Assembly: GCF_964213995.1 (NCBI RefSeq)
Contig: NC_135807.1
Coordinates: 47,554,001 to 47,618,000 of the forward strand
Direction: 5' to 3'
DNA: 64,000 bases
Origin: Mustelus asterias
Lineage: Eukaryota
Shown: positions 1-12,699 of the stretch, piece by piece
How positions within the stretch are numbered: position 1 is the first letter of the stretch
How the letters are laid out: every line of letters begins with the position of its first letter
Translations under genes and position numbers: made by a program
Notes under the pieces: model-generated
The model's database searches: none
Told to the model about the DNA's origin: nothing
Seen by the model: only the letters and a program-made list of their open reading frames with translations

Positions 1-105
1 TTTCTCAATGAAAATCCTTAAAACAGCCAGCAATGGTGATATTTTACAATCTAGCCATATTGTTGTTAGATATCTTTGCTTCTCGGTCTACCAACAAAAC
101 ACAAC

Positions 106-241
106 GGCTGGAATTTTCCCACCATTCGCGCCAATGAGATTTTCCCATCCCGCTGCTGTGAACAGAGATTTGGCTTGACGCCAAAATTTCCATCTTCGCT
201 GCAGTGGGAGCGTGGAGTGAGCGGGCGGTAAGATCGCGCCC
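106..241. mobile_element. Non-autonomous TIR element (MITE), PIF/Harbinger-type
   Basis: Imperfect terminal inverted repeats (GGCTGGAATTTTCCC / GGTAAGATCGCGCC); AAC on both sides (103-105, 242-244); interior similar to 48211-48346. Confidence 0.65.
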
Positions 242-844
242 AACATTTCCATGGTTGAGAATATTGTAATTGTGTAATAAACACGACTTTTTCCTTGAAT
301 ATCCGATAAAGTAAAAACACCACTAATTGCATCTAGTGTAAAACATTGCCTTAAAAATATCACAGACTAACTATTTTTGTACCTTGTCAAGTGCTTTACC
401 AAAATAACAATCCAGGTTCAAATGAGTGAGATTACAGATCTCACTTGTTGACAGAAGTAAACTTTAATATGTGTAAAATTGAAACATATCTAAAACAGTA
501 ATTACCTGCTGGCAGGTAGCATAGGGCAATCATTTAAATAGAGAATAATAGATGGTTGGCAGTGATTACAAAGCAGCAATCTCACCCGGGGGCTTGGAAG
601 ATGTCACAAACCACAAGAGAATACATGAAGACTAACAAATGTCATTACGAATTGGAAAATGGGTGAGTGCAATGTTTTTTGGCAGTGGCACTTTCTTTGA
701 CTTTTAAGTTGTGTGCGATTGCTAGTGAAGTGCAAAGAAAGGTGTCACAAAAGCTAATGTGACTCATTTGATTCTTTTCCAAGAAAAACAAAGTCAGAAG
801 TTTAAAAAGAAGCACAATTTGCATTATTTTCTCATTCCAAAATG

Positions 845-1105
845 CCTTGTTACCTGCATTACAACAGTAACTACTTCAAAAAGCACAGTCAGTAGTCTCA
901 CCAGGTGATGAAGGAGCAGCGCTCCGAAAGCTCTTGCTACCAAATAAACCTGTTGGACTTTAACCTGGTGTTGTGAGATTACTTACTGTGCCCACCTCAG
1001 TCCAACGCCGGCAACTCCACATCAAAAAGCACCTCATTGGCCTTTAAACACTTTTGAACTTCCAGTGGTTGTGAAAGTTGCTACATAAGTGCAAGTCTCT
1101 TTTCT
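845..1105 (+). mobile_element. 3' tail of an old Deu-domain/L2-tailed SINE, interrupted by a Penelope insertion
   Basis: CATTACAACAGTAACTACTTCAAAAAGCAC...CATTGG...GTGAAAG..GCTACATAAGTGCAAGTC matches the reverse complement of the tail of the copy at 15785-16222. Confidence 0.55.
887..1021 (+). mobile_element. Penelope-like terminal-repeat fragment with a degenerate hammerhead core
   Basis: TGATGAAGGAGCAGCGCTCCGAAAGCTC...AAATAAACCTGTTGGACTTTAACCTGG; 11-bp TSD TCAAAAAGCAC at 876-886 and 1022-1032; same sequence as 17598-17722. Confidence 0.75.
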
Positions 1106-1766
1106 TTTAACTTAAATGACTGGTGATAATGGATAGGTCACTGGTTACAGAAATCATCCACATCATTTCTATTTTTCTTACCTTGGATCCATCATTTTAT
1201 TTGCTCTCTGTATATGGATGATACTGGCAAGGATGCATTTATTGACATTGCTAGTTTCGCTGATAAGATAGTGGTGGCCTGTGGATAATCTGCCCCTAGC
1301 CTCTTCCCAATGTTTACATTCCCCAAGTCATTCATTTGTTCTAATTGTTTAGTGTCTAATCATTGATGTTCACCAAGGAACTGGTCGTAGATTCCAGTGT
1401 TACATGGATGAACTCACACTCACAATAAGCCTTTTTGTGAAGTGAAAGGTATTAGACAAGCGGACATTTATGAAATTTGATTAAAATCAAGAAAAGACAT
1501 TCACTTAATTGAGCTGGTAAATTAGATTTTATTGACACATTGGAGATTATTTTGATTTTTTGCAATAATACCACGTGGATGATGGTGACTCACAAATGCC
1601 TATTCTGTTTCCCTAGTTCCACCAATCCCACTACCCCAGTGTTATCTCAGCTTGCTAATCTTTCTGGCAGCCTCCTTTAACACCCCCCGCCCTCCAGCAC
1701 TCCCCCCCCCCCCCGCCCACCACCCCCACCCCTCTCAGTCAATTGGGAAACTGCCTCTGAGGCTGT

Positions 1767-1891
1767 GGGAGGAATTTTCCCATCCCGCCCATTATGGGAA
1801 TCGTAGCGGGCGGGGCAGGACTATGCAAAGGTCTGTTGAACTCGGGCGGGATTTTCGAGTCTTGGGCGAGCACTGCCGGAAAATCCCACCC
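1767..1891. mobile_element. MITE, PIF/Harbinger-type
   Basis: TIRs GGGAGGAATTTTCC / GGAAAATCCCACCC; 3-bp TSD TGT (1764-1766, 1892-1894). Confidence 0.7.
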
Positions 1892-2324
1892 TGTGAGTCA
1901 CCTTGGGGATGGCATTAAAATCTGAACAATCTTTTTAAACTAATTACCTTGTGGCCTGTAGTGTTGCTGTCACTATTTCTGGGATATATGTGGTACCCTA
2001 TCATGCCCCACTTTGGGCTTGTTCAATTTTCTACCCATCAATACTTTGGGTAGAGAGGTTAGTCAGTAATCTACTCCTAAACTTTCTCGACATTTATGTG
2101 AATTGTGGTGATTTATTTTCTACCTTTCCTTCCTCTATGTGAGCAGCATCTGGTTCCTGTAGAGTAACTACCCTGAGAGCATCACAGAATTGCACATCCA
2201 TCACATTTGGAGCTCTGTGGGTGGTAACCTCCAAAGTACTAATCCAAGACACAGTGAGAGTGAATGTGTTGTGTCACCATATTGTCGGGATATGGTAGGT
2301 ATGATAATGGGCAGTATTTAATAT

Positions 2325-2950
2325 TTGACAGGGTCTCACCTGCTGGCTGGAAAGCAGGTGGAAATCCTGCCTCACAGAACCAACCAACCCTTCCCCCCAC
2401 CTGAGAGCTGCCAGCCAGTCAGAGGCCAGCAGTTGTCCATTGCAGGCAGCGCCACTTCAAGACTGGTAGTAGTTGGCAGTAATGCACCCACCCAGAGGCC
2501 CAGGGTTCCCGAGGGTCTCAGGACACAGTTGAGTGAGGACAGGTTGGGGGGTTAAAGGGTGGGGTAACGGAGAGAGTGGGGATCAGCAGCAGGGGCAAGG
2601 AAGTAGCTTTAAATGGGCCTCCTCCCTTCCAGATGCTGGGTCCCTCCTTCAGGCACCGAGTGCCTTTTAATGGAGAACTCCACCCCTCCTCCCCACCTAT
2701 TGTCGGGTTTCCAACATGGCAAGTCCCCCACCCATCAACATTCAACATCCGCAATGGTGGGATCAGACCCTTAACTGGGCTTTGTTCTCCTAATTAGAGG
2801 CCTCAATTGGCAGCAGGGCAGGAAGGCCATCTACAAGTTTTCCCGCCCCAGACTTAATTGGAATCGAGGTGGGAAGATTGCGAGGACCCCCCACCCGACT
2901 AAGTGCCCACCCTGCCTCCAAATTCACCTCAGGGATGGGCAATAAATTCT
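2325..2950. repeat. GC-rich interspersed repeat, probably a non-autonomous DNA transposon
   Basis: Abrupt GC-rich block in AT-rich flanks; right end resembles the MITE TIR family; no credible ORF. Confidence 0.4.
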
Positions 2951-3859
2951 GAATTAATTGCCATTTATTTTCTGACCCACCCCCTCAACACCACCTACCT
3001 TTAAAGAGCAATGTTTTACTCATTGTGCCAAAGTTTCTTGACGGATAATCAGCAAAATATTTCCCTTTAGTTCCCAACATCAATACTTTCCAAAGGATCT
3101 ATTTCTCTGTTGAAAGTAAAACACACCAGAATAGATTAAACATTTGTTTAATTCTGATGGAGCATTTTTAAGTTGTGCTTATTAGCGTGAACAGATAAAT
3201 GGCCAGCATGCTAATATAAATCTACTACTGTTGTTGTGATGGATGATGAAAAATAAAGAATATTGATTTTCCTTCAGAGTGAAAAGGTGTGTGCTAAATC
3301 CATGTGAAATACACTGAGAGGAAATTTGCAGACACTGACAATTAATGGCATTAGCAGCATCATTCCTTCAGGATGGACTATTGTATGCAGTGTCACGTCT
3401 ATTAAAGAAATCCCCAGGTTACAATCACAGATTGCACTGCACAGGAACAGCAGTGCCTAGCAAACAAAAGAGCAAAAACTCTTGGAGCTTTCCCAGGGTT
3501 TCAGTCAAGTGCACCAGCTTGTCAAATACATTTTAATTCAGTACAATTTCTGGGTGCACCCAAGGCATTTTTAGCACAATTTAGTTCTGCTGTTCCAGGA
3601 TCAAAGTTAAAGTTTAGGAAATCTGAGTAAAACTTGACAAGAGCATTACTCAGACAATTTGATAAGCCTAATAAATTATGCCAGCAATTCAGCAATTGAA
3701 AATTAAAATTTTAATGCAGCAGATCTTAATCTTCTCATTTCAATCAGCCCAAAGCTCCCTCACAGATGCTTTGCAGTAGTCATGGGTGGTCACCTGAGGC
3801 TACTTTTGGGTATGAAAAGCAAGGAGGAGCAACAAGATGACACAAGAAAACAGAACAGC

Positions 3860-4430
3860 TGCCAGAAAATAGAGAAGGACACATGAGCCAATACCCACGG
3901 TGGTTACTGAGGGCACACTACTCCGACATTAGCTTTACTCAGGAGCAATGCTTTAGATGACTTTGTTTGCCAAGGAGTGTCACAAAGTTATGCCACCTGC
4001 TGCAGCCACACCTCAAGCCTTCATCCAAGATGTGGATAACACTGCTCGTGGCCGTCAACGCCACCCTGGTCCTCAACTTCTCTGCTCTTTCCAAAGTGAA
4101 GGAGGTGACCGTAGCATCATATTCCAATTTGCAGTTCACTGATGTATCAAGGTTTTATTGTGACTCTTAACTCCAAGATGGAGAGTTGGATCTCATTCCC
4201 TGTGGACAGGGCAAAACAGGACGAGATTGAACTAAGATTCTCTACGCGGCAGGGTTTCCCAGGGTGGAAGGTGCCATACAGATATTTGCACATTCCCTGC
4301 AGCCAATCTGTCATCTTTATCACTCTTGAAGGGTTCCGCTCCATCAACATCTAACTGGTTTGTAACCGCATGTAGTTCTGTGCCTGCTGTCCTGGCAGCA
4401 ATCATGACTCCCATCCTGTGCAGTGCTGTG
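3860..4430 (+). mobile_element. Decayed PIF/Harbinger (HARBI1-like) transposase, N-terminal and central part
   Basis: Frameshifted motifs EQCFR..F, VTKLCHLLQPHLKP, VAVNATLVLNF, ISFPVDRAKQDE, GFP, GAID, GFRSINI*LVC, typical of DDE_Tnp_4 transposases. Confidence 0.75.
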
Positions 4431-5116
4431 GGTCACTGGCAATTCAACAGATTCCAATTTAAGAAGGGCACTGCTGTCCAGGTAGCCTCAATAGCCTTGA
4501 AAATGGGAGCTATCTTCAATTTTGTTGAATATTTCCAAAGATTATTTCAATCTTAACGAAAATAACATGGCTAAATTAATATGGAGTAAATTTCCACAGG
4601 TGTGCTACCAGTTTTCCATTATAACTTCGGTGGAAGAGCAATAGAAACCTCAGGAAAATGACACAGTACCATTTACACACACGCCCATGTCTTCTGTAAC
4701 TCTTGCAGCAAGATTATAGGTGAGGCCTCACAGAGTTTGCACCCCCACCTGATATTTTTGACGCATTGTAAGAATATCATAAGCAATAGAATTCCAATTT
4801 CATACAGCTGGCAAATTCCATTTTAAAATTCCTCACCATTTGTTTACAGAAAACAGTTGTTTTCACTTTATATGACAGGAAGGATATGTGTTCACTTTTT
4901 CTCAAAAGAGATACATAGAAGTGGATTTGAATACCTGTGCAAATAAATGTGATGATTTCTTTTACCTTATCTCATGATGGGAAATTGTGAGCAAAGTTTA
5001 GAATTAGCTAAACCATGCAGTGAATTTTACAGAGGATTGTAGTCTACGTTCACCCCGCCCCCCCACCCCCCCTCCCCCTCCATACACACCAGCCAGTAGA
5101 AATGGTAGTATTAGAT

Positions 5117-5437
5117 CATAGAATCCCTACAGTGCAGAAGGAGGTTATTCAGCCCTTCGGGTCTGTACCAACCACAATCCCATCCAGGCCCTATCCCCAT
5201 AACCCCACATATTTACCCTGCTAATCCCCTAACACTAGGGTCAGTTTAGCATGGCCAATCAACCTAACCAGTACAGCTTTGAACTGTGGGAGGAAACCGG
5301 AGCACCGGGAAGAAACCCATGCAGACACAGAGAGAACGGTGCAAACTCCACATAGACAGTGACCCGAGACCGGAATTGAACCCAGGTCCCTGGCGCTGTG
5401 AGGCAGCAGTGCTAACCACTGTGCCATTGTGTCGCCC
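5117..5437 (-). mobile_element. HE1/V-SINE-type tRNA-derived SINE, CR1-type tail
   Basis: tRNA-like head with A/B boxes, central domain, tail ...CTGCACTGTAGGGATTCTATGA. Confidence 0.9.
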
Positions 5438-5637
5438 TAGTCGACACCTTTCTGATTTTTAAATGAACTGCTCTGTGGAAATAATATGTTGGCAGTGTAG
5501 TAAGGTGAGACTGGGGTTCCAACTCTCAGGGACAGGAAATCCCTCCCTCGTGAGCTGCTGGCTAATCTGCTTGGCAGCTGAATAGTTCCAGAAGTGGTGG
5601 AACACAGTGTTGAACCCCAATGGGGCTAAGACTTTGG

Positions 5638-6970
5638 GCAGAATTCTCCCATCCTGCCCGCGGGAGTGGAGAATCCAATGGGAGCTGAAATTTGAGAAAG
5701 CTGCCGGTTTAAGAACATGTTCCAATTCTCCCCAATGGTGGGTTAATGGCAGGTCAGTTCTCCCACTGCCTGGTGGCTAGAATAGACCAGTTCATGCTCT
5801 CCAGCTCCATGCCGAGCTGGTCTTTATGGACAGCACTGTGCTGCTGGACTTATGGACTCTGCACTCCGATGGATCAAAGTTCAACTGGCGGTAGGATGCA
5901 AGGTGAAGGCGGCTGACAAAGGCAAGAGAGGAGGGGGGGGGGCAATGTGGAAGGAGGGCTATGCAAGGGCAGGGACTGGAAGGGTGGGAGGGTATAATGA
6001 TCGGCATTATGGTGCAAGGAGGTAAATGAGGATGAACAATAAAAGGAAGACTGAGGGGAGGGAAGGTAGACCCCAAACGAGGCTGCATGAAAAGCTCATA
6101 AACAAGGGGGTCAAAGGGATACCACATTGTTTACTGGAAGAAGATGCATGCAAACTCCAGATGGGGTGGGTGGAGGTCCATATGAAGCTTGGCCGCTTCA
6201 CAGGTGATGGGCTCGGGGGGAGGATGGGACTGTCCACCATAACAATGACTGGATCCAGAATGTCTGCAGGGATGGTTACTGGGGTATAAGGGCTACGCAC
6301 ATAAACACTGGCTGGTAACTCTGGTGTGTTGTCCTCAGACTCAAGGAGAGATACAACAGTGCTTACACCTCCAAACGTTCCCTCATAGAGCAGGCAACAG
6401 GACTTCCAAAGAGACGCCTGGACCTCTCAGTTGGTTCTCTGCAATACCCACCTCAGAGGGTTTTCTGCAGGATCGCAGTTTGCTGTGCCCTTCACTATCT
6501 GGCATTGCAGGGAGGTGAGCCCTTCCAAGAAGGACCAGAGATGACATGAAAGTGTTTGTGAGAGTCTGAGTGTTGATATATATTCCTCATTCATGGATAT
6601 GTGAAATCCGTGAAGAGAGTCGTCGTCTGAGTAAAATGATGCCATGTTGAGAGTTTGATTGTGGGCGGAGCTGAGAGTTTGATTGTGGGCGGAGCTGAGA
6701 GTTTGATAGTGAGGGGAGCTGAGAGTTTGATTGTGGAGGGAGCTGAAAGAAGGTTTACCCTGGCAGAGTGGATGAGATCATTCATCCTGTTCCTGTACTG
6801 CGTGGTGCTTCTGGCGCAGTTGCCAGCCACACTGACCTCCTGGGCGGAGGTGAGGTAATTGTGTTTCCTAGCACCTTCTCTTGGGTAGTGTACATGTGTC
6901 TAGGCCCGGATTCCTCGAATCAAGGCTTTGAGGGCATAAGGTGGGTGAATCAAGGTACAGTCTTTCTCTT
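5638..6970 (-). mobile_element. Decayed Harbinger element with a Myb/SANT-like DNA-binding ORF
   Basis: Minus strand about 6930-6760 reads LKALIRGIRA*THVHYPREGARK...QEVSVAGNCARSTTQYRNRMNDLIHSAR then GT (NAIF1/MSANTD-like); TIR-like GGCAGAATTCTCCC at about 5638. Confidence 0.6.
6649..6744. repeat. Minisatellite, 4 x 24 bp
   Basis: Unit GAGAGTTTGATTGTGGGCGGAGCT four times head-to-tail, first two identical. Confidence 0.95.
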
Positions 6971-7229
6971 GAGGTTGCTAGCCTTTTGCTCCTGTGTTCC
7001 AGACATCCTGTATTGTCTTGTGAAGACAATTGGGCTGGAGAGAGTGATATGAGTGTACTGAATTGGCATTCATATGAGATGCTTGGACCTTTGAACCCAT
7101 TAGCTGACAGTAGCTGGATGAATCAGTTCCCAACCCACCCGGTAACTTGGAAAGATGCTCACTCAAACATAAAAAGGCTGCCATTCGGAACCAGCAGAAC
7201 CCGTTAGAAAAAAAAATGGAAAAGTCTGC

Positions 7230-7540
7230 CCTTTGTTGCAATATACCCCAGCATATTGGTCTGTTGTGATATGCCCCAGCGAGAATTTCCAAAATGATAG
7301 TCATATGCTGTGCTCTCCACAAGTTCACACAGCAGAGGACAAAGTCTTGCTGCCAGAGAACTTGGGTGAGCCACACTCTTTATCTGATCAGGAACTTATG
7401 GAGGAGGGAGAGGGACCAGGCTCTAAAGTAGAGTGAGGTGCCTCTATCAATGGCAAGAGGCATGGAGAGATGTACAAGAGAAGCTTGTGACAACCTGGTT
7501 CATATCCTCTTGCAACAGGTGCGATGTCCTAGAGATTGCT
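7230..7540 (+). mobile_element. Decayed Harbinger transposase, C-terminal part
   Basis: LL*YAPARISKMIVICCALHKFTQQR resembles the conserved LQYxPxxVxxIIxxCCxLHN motif, followed by an acidic stretch. Confidence 0.65.
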
Positions 7541-7585
7541 GCCACATAAAACCAACAACCAAGGTTGGTAATATATCTCCTTACA

Positions 7586-10500
7586 TGTTGGTTAATTCGA
7601 ACGTTTTGATTATGGTGTTGAGACACAGTATTCATCATCACAGAAAGTGATTAAATATTGCATGATCTTGGTCTCTCATAGACCTTGTAGCAAGATGAAG
7701 CCAGTGTAATATGTTTCTTAATAAAGTTAATATTTAACTGAGTCGACTCTCTAAATATTCTGTGTTAGCACAATGAGACCAAGAATATTATATGGTGGCA
7801 GCGAATGAGAGAACAATTATGTAAAAGTCTCTGCCATTACTAAAAAGCTTCAACCAGGTTACAGGCCCCAATCAAGCAGAAACATGGCTGACTTGGCTCT
7901 GAAGGGCTTCTCTGCAAAGCAAGCAGTGAGCAGGTCACTATGCTATTAAACACAATGAGTTATTGTGCAGATGACATCCTAGTCAGACAAGTGATCGACA
8001 AAGAAAAAGCTACATATGCTGAAGTATTAAAAGCACATGATGCCGACTTCAATCTGTGAAAAAATACTATTGCTGAGTGGACTAAATTTACCAAGTGTAC
8101 CCAACGGCAAAAGGAAATTATTGATGCATTTATCAACGGTTTGTATAGATTTACTGAGAATTGTGAATATGGTAGTTTAAAAGGTGAACTAATCAGGGTT
8201 AAAATTGTTGTTGGAGTCTCTGATGAAGCAATGTCTGATCACTTGTAGTTGAGAAGGTGATTTAATCTTAAACAAAGCAATTCAACTGAGTGGACAAGAT
8301 AAGGTTAGGAAATAAAACCGATCAGCGACAGGGAGAACCATATCGCAAAAACGGCAGACTCTGCGGAGTATGTTAAATGTAAAAGCAGTGGGGTGGCCAA
8401 CAAGCAAGGAAGAGCACCCATTTACCACCCCTGCCAACTGTAATCAATGTGGCACAAAAAATGTCCCACCAAAGAGGCCAAATGCCACTTTTGTAGAAAT
8501 TAAGGTCACTTCCCAGCTATGTGTCCCAGCAAGAAGTCTATACAGAATAAACAAGAAGCCTTTGAAAGGTGGCAGAATACATGAAAGTGAAAATATTAAT
8601 GACATTGAGATGTCATTCCTTGGAGAGACCCAGGAACTAAGTGGAAGCTGCTAGAGCGATGATCCTAGTAGAGGGAAGCAAGACAAACTTTAAATTAGAC
8701 ACAGATGCAGTTCTGGTTCTTTCTGATGCTGAACCATAGTTGGAGAAAAGATCTCTTCAGCCATCACGCAAAAAATTATATGGGTTGAGGATATAAACTC
8801 AAAGTCACAGCACAACCCTTCAGTATAGATAGAGAAAAGTCACTGGAATCTAATGTATGATCCTGAATCAGAATTATTCATTCTTAAGCAGGAAAGCCTC
8901 TAATAACTTACATCTGATTTGAAGAGCAAAGGAACTGGAAATCTGAGAAGATCAGCCTCAAAACATTAGAGTTGAATTTTCAACTCAGCTGTTCAAAGGA
9001 CAAAGAAAGCTAAAGACACATACGACACCAGACTATATTCTGAAATGAAGCCAGTGTCCCTGTTTACACCCAGAAAAGATCCTCATCCACTCTTGCCAAA
9101 AGTAAAGAAGGAAATTTGCTCTATATTGAAGCAAGGGGTTATTTTGCCTGTGGCAGAACCAACAAACTGGTGCTTAGGAATGGTTTCAGTGCCAAAACTC
9201 ATTGGATCTAACATAATTTGTGTAATTCTTACAGAGCTGAACAAAGCAGTTGGTTGTGAAGTTCATCCTATGGTGTTTGTGGACAAATGCTTAGCAAAAT
9301 TTGGAAAAAGTTCAACCTTCACAAATCTAGATGCAAATAGTGTTTTTTGGCAACTTTCCTTCGATAAAGAGTACACTGTTTGGGAGGCTGTCAATCAACA
9401 GAGTACCCTTTAGCATCACATCAGAACTGAAAATCTTCTCGATGACAATGTCAAATATCCCTAGAATGACTGAATGGAGTTGTATGTCGCATGAATGATG
9501 TCCTGATTAATGGATCCATTCAAACTAGGAGGGGGGTCGGGGGAAGAGGCACGTAGAATACAACCCTCTGTAAAATTCACTGCATGGTTTAGCTGTGTTA
9601 CAGTGCCTACAGGAAGCAGGACTTACACTCAACAAAAAATGAGAATTCTCACAGCCGACTATCAAGTTCCTTGGACATATTGTGAATGTATCTGGTGTCA
9701 GAGTTGACCACAAAAAGTAAGAGCCATCAAAGAGCTTTCAGCTCCTCACAAGCTGACATAGCTCCAGAGATTCCTGGGTATGGTAAACCAAGGTGGAACG
9801 TCTTGCCCAACTTAACAGTCATCAATGAGCCAATACATCAACTGTTATGACAGAACAATACAGGGTGTTGGGAGGAAGCATAATAGAGGTAGTTTGAGAT
9901 CGTCAAAGATTTTCTGACATTACCTGATATTTTAGCTCACTATGACCAAGGACTATCCACTGTCATTGCTGCAGATGCATCTTCTACAGGATTGGGAGCC
10001 GCACTCTTACAGTTATAGATCGATGGAAAGCTTAGACTGGTTTACTGCACATCCTGTTCACTGACAGAAACTGAACAGTGATACACAGTGATAGAGAAAG
10101 AAGCATTAGCTGCTACATGGGCTGATGAAAAGTTTGCAAATTATGGTCTTAGTATCTACTTCAATATTGAGAGATCACAAATCCTTAGTGACAGATCATA
10201 AATTCTAAGGAGTTAGGAAAAATGCCTCCACAAGTACAATGATTCAGATTGAGGATGATGTGGTTTGATGCAAAGACAGAACATGTTCCAGAAAAGTAGC
10301 AAAATACAACAGATAGCTTGTCCCGTATCCCAGTGGCAAGACCTGAATAAGGTGATATCGCCCTTGCTGAAGTAGAAACGTTTGCATTGACAACAATCAA
10401 AGCTTCACCAGTAACAACTCAGTGACTAAATGAAATCAGAGATGCACAGTAATCAGTTGAAGGATATGTTCAGGTTAGAGAGGAATGCATCAAAGGATGG

Positions 10501-10990
10501 ATGCCACACATTCTCATTCTCAGACAGTACTATGAATGGAGAGGACATCTCAGTGTAGTTGATGATTTACTTGTCTATGATGAGAGATTGGTCATTCTAA
10601 CAATTCTGAGATTTGATGTAATACAATTCTTGCACCAATGATATTTGGGCATCACAAAATGTCAAACCAGAGCAGGGTTTGATGGCCAGAAGTCTCAAAA
10701 TCATTGTAAGAGACAATATCAAACTGTATTACTTGTACAAGTCATTGTCAGAGGACAACAGAACCTTTGGTGTCATCTTCCCTTCCATGAAGACCATTGA
10801 AAAGCCATGGGATAGACCTTTTTAAGCACAGAGATAACATTTTCTTGATCATAGTAGACTCCAAATGGATAGAAGTCAAGCAGTTGTGGGGGTCACACTT
10901 CTGAAGCTGTCTTTACATAATGAAAGGAGATATTTGCAACACATGGAGTAGCAGACCTTGTAATCTCAGGCAATGTACTCGATTTTCCCA
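7586..10990 (+). mobile_element. Decayed Gypsy/Metaviridae LTR retrotransposon (5' LTR-gag-PR-RT-RH-IN), 3' truncated
   Basis: PBS at 7793; gag GELIRVKIVVGVSD; CxxC knuckle remnant; protease FKLDTDA; RT 9045-9413 (EPTNWC..MV.VPK, LDANSVFWQ); RNase H ADASSTGLGAALLQ and IEKEALAATW; integrase GIDLF and IFATHG; many stops and frameshifts. Confidence 0.92.
7793..7803 (+). promoter_or_regulatory. Primer binding site, tRNA-Leu type
   Basis: TGGTGGCAGCG is complementary to the vertebrate tRNA-Leu 3' end (CGCUGCCACCA); follows an AATAAA-containing LTR. Confidence 0.8.
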
Positions 10991-11899
10991 TCTGCTGTAA
11001 CCTATTCATCAACCAGGTAGAGACCCTCTTCCTCAGTTGTGTTCAGGGTATGGTTGTCCAGGGTACTGCCACCCTCTCTCTCACAGTGTTTGCCCTTTTG
11101 TCATGCAGGCAGAAGGGGAACATGAGTCTCCACACAATCATTAGCTGACCTCCTAATCAGCTGGCATTCCTTTTATACTTGATGAGAGTTTCTGGATATC
11201 TGAGCTATATATCTAATGCCACAGGAGTTGGAGAACTCAGACTGCAAGAGGCAGATGCCTGTTGCCTACATGTTGGCATTCCTCATGAGGTCGCTGGGTA
11301 TAAAGTTATTTCATTCACCTAACCGATCCCTTCCCATGTTGACACTCATTTCATGTTTGCCACATGAAAGCCACAGAGCTCTCAGCTTCCAGTTACACTC
11401 ACCCTGGTGGTATGGAGGACACCTGCTTGTGTCACTGCACCCATGTACGTTGCTGGATCCCCTGCCAGCTGACCCTTGCTGCTATCTCTCTCCCAGCTTC
11501 CTGCAGGCAGCAGTCTTTTCCATATTGTCCGTATGTAACACACTTCCAGCTGTTCCCATGAAGCCTGGGGGAAAACATGCAGGGTGGCATTGCTGAACTG
11601 TGGGACAACCCTTTGTCTGCCCTGCGATCTATGCCTTCTCATGCTTCCAGGCACCTCTCAATGGTAATTTTTATTAATTACTCTTTTTAAATGATCAGTT
11701 TATTGCTTTGATATTGGTTTGTTTCTGCTCAGCAAGTTATTCAAGTTTTCTTCATATCTTAACTATTTTTCCGAAATTTAGGTTTAATGTTGTTGTAATC
11801 AGATCTCAGATGATTGCTGGGTTTCTTGCTGAAGGGGAATAAGAGGCTCACGAAAGATCTGATTGTTTTTGGAAGGCTGGCAAAAGGGGTTATTTTTGC

Positions 11900-12100
11900 T
11901 CCAACAGAAATAGGAAATGTTGGAAATGCTCAGCATATCTAATGGCATCCAATGCACAGACATCAGTGATCTTTCATCAGAACTAGTGCAGATCGTGGAT
12001 CTGATCTGCTTCTCTCACCACAAATGCTGCCTGGTCTGCTGAGCATTTTCAGCATTTTCTGTTTATATTTCAGATTTCCAGCATCTGTTGTCATTTGCTC
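11900..12100. mobile_element. Penelope-derived inverted-repeat remnant (second family)
   Basis: Arms AACAGAAATAGGAAATGTTGGAAATGCTCAGCA and TGCTGAGCATTTTCAGCATTTTCTGTT; TCATCAG (CTGATGA on minus) near 11975. Confidence 0.55.
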
Positions 12101-12399
12101 TGCTATTAAGCGCTCTACACTGGGCCTAGGTTCAATTTAACATGAGAAAATCAGCCAATGCAGAGTATAATTTTTCTGTTAACAAAGCCCACTTGTGTGA
12201 ATAGAAATAGCACAATATTGTAGGTGAATTGGTTGGTGTTAATTCACTGGGTGCTTTTACCATTTTAAACATGGTAGTGAAACCAGGAATCATGCTCCAA
12301 CAGAATATGTCACTGTTGGCTCAAGATATTCTCATTTGTACATAGGGTTGTTTTTTGCGGTGCTAATGTGATTCAGGTCTAAGAATGTGGCTGTCCAGA

Positions 12400-12630
12400 T
12401 ATTGCATCGGGCCAGGTTGAAAAAGCAGCGCTGGTTGCATAATATGAATGATCAGGTTGTGTATAATTATCTGACAAAATTGTCGTTGTAAAGTGTATTA
12501 TACTTAAACCTGAGCTTTCAATGGACTTTATGAGTAGAGGAGTAGAGTACAAAAGCCAAGGAGTTTTTCTAAGCCTACATAACCTAGTTTGACCCCATTG
12601 TGACATTGCTTTCCAATTCTGTCCCATAGG
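12400..12630 (+). mobile_element. Degraded CR1 LINE ORF2 fragment
   Basis: FMSRGVEYKSQGVFLSLHNLV*PH..C.QF resembles the CR1 C-terminal region. Confidence 0.6.
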
Positions 12631-12699
12631 GCGAGAAAGTGAAGTTGATGTAACAGGTCAGCAACAATCTATTTCAATGCCATTAAGCAGCCAACATAA

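Noticed and set aside
6649-6744. CRISPR-like repeat array
   Set aside because: Units are directly adjacent with no unique spacers, no cas genes are present and the context is vertebrate
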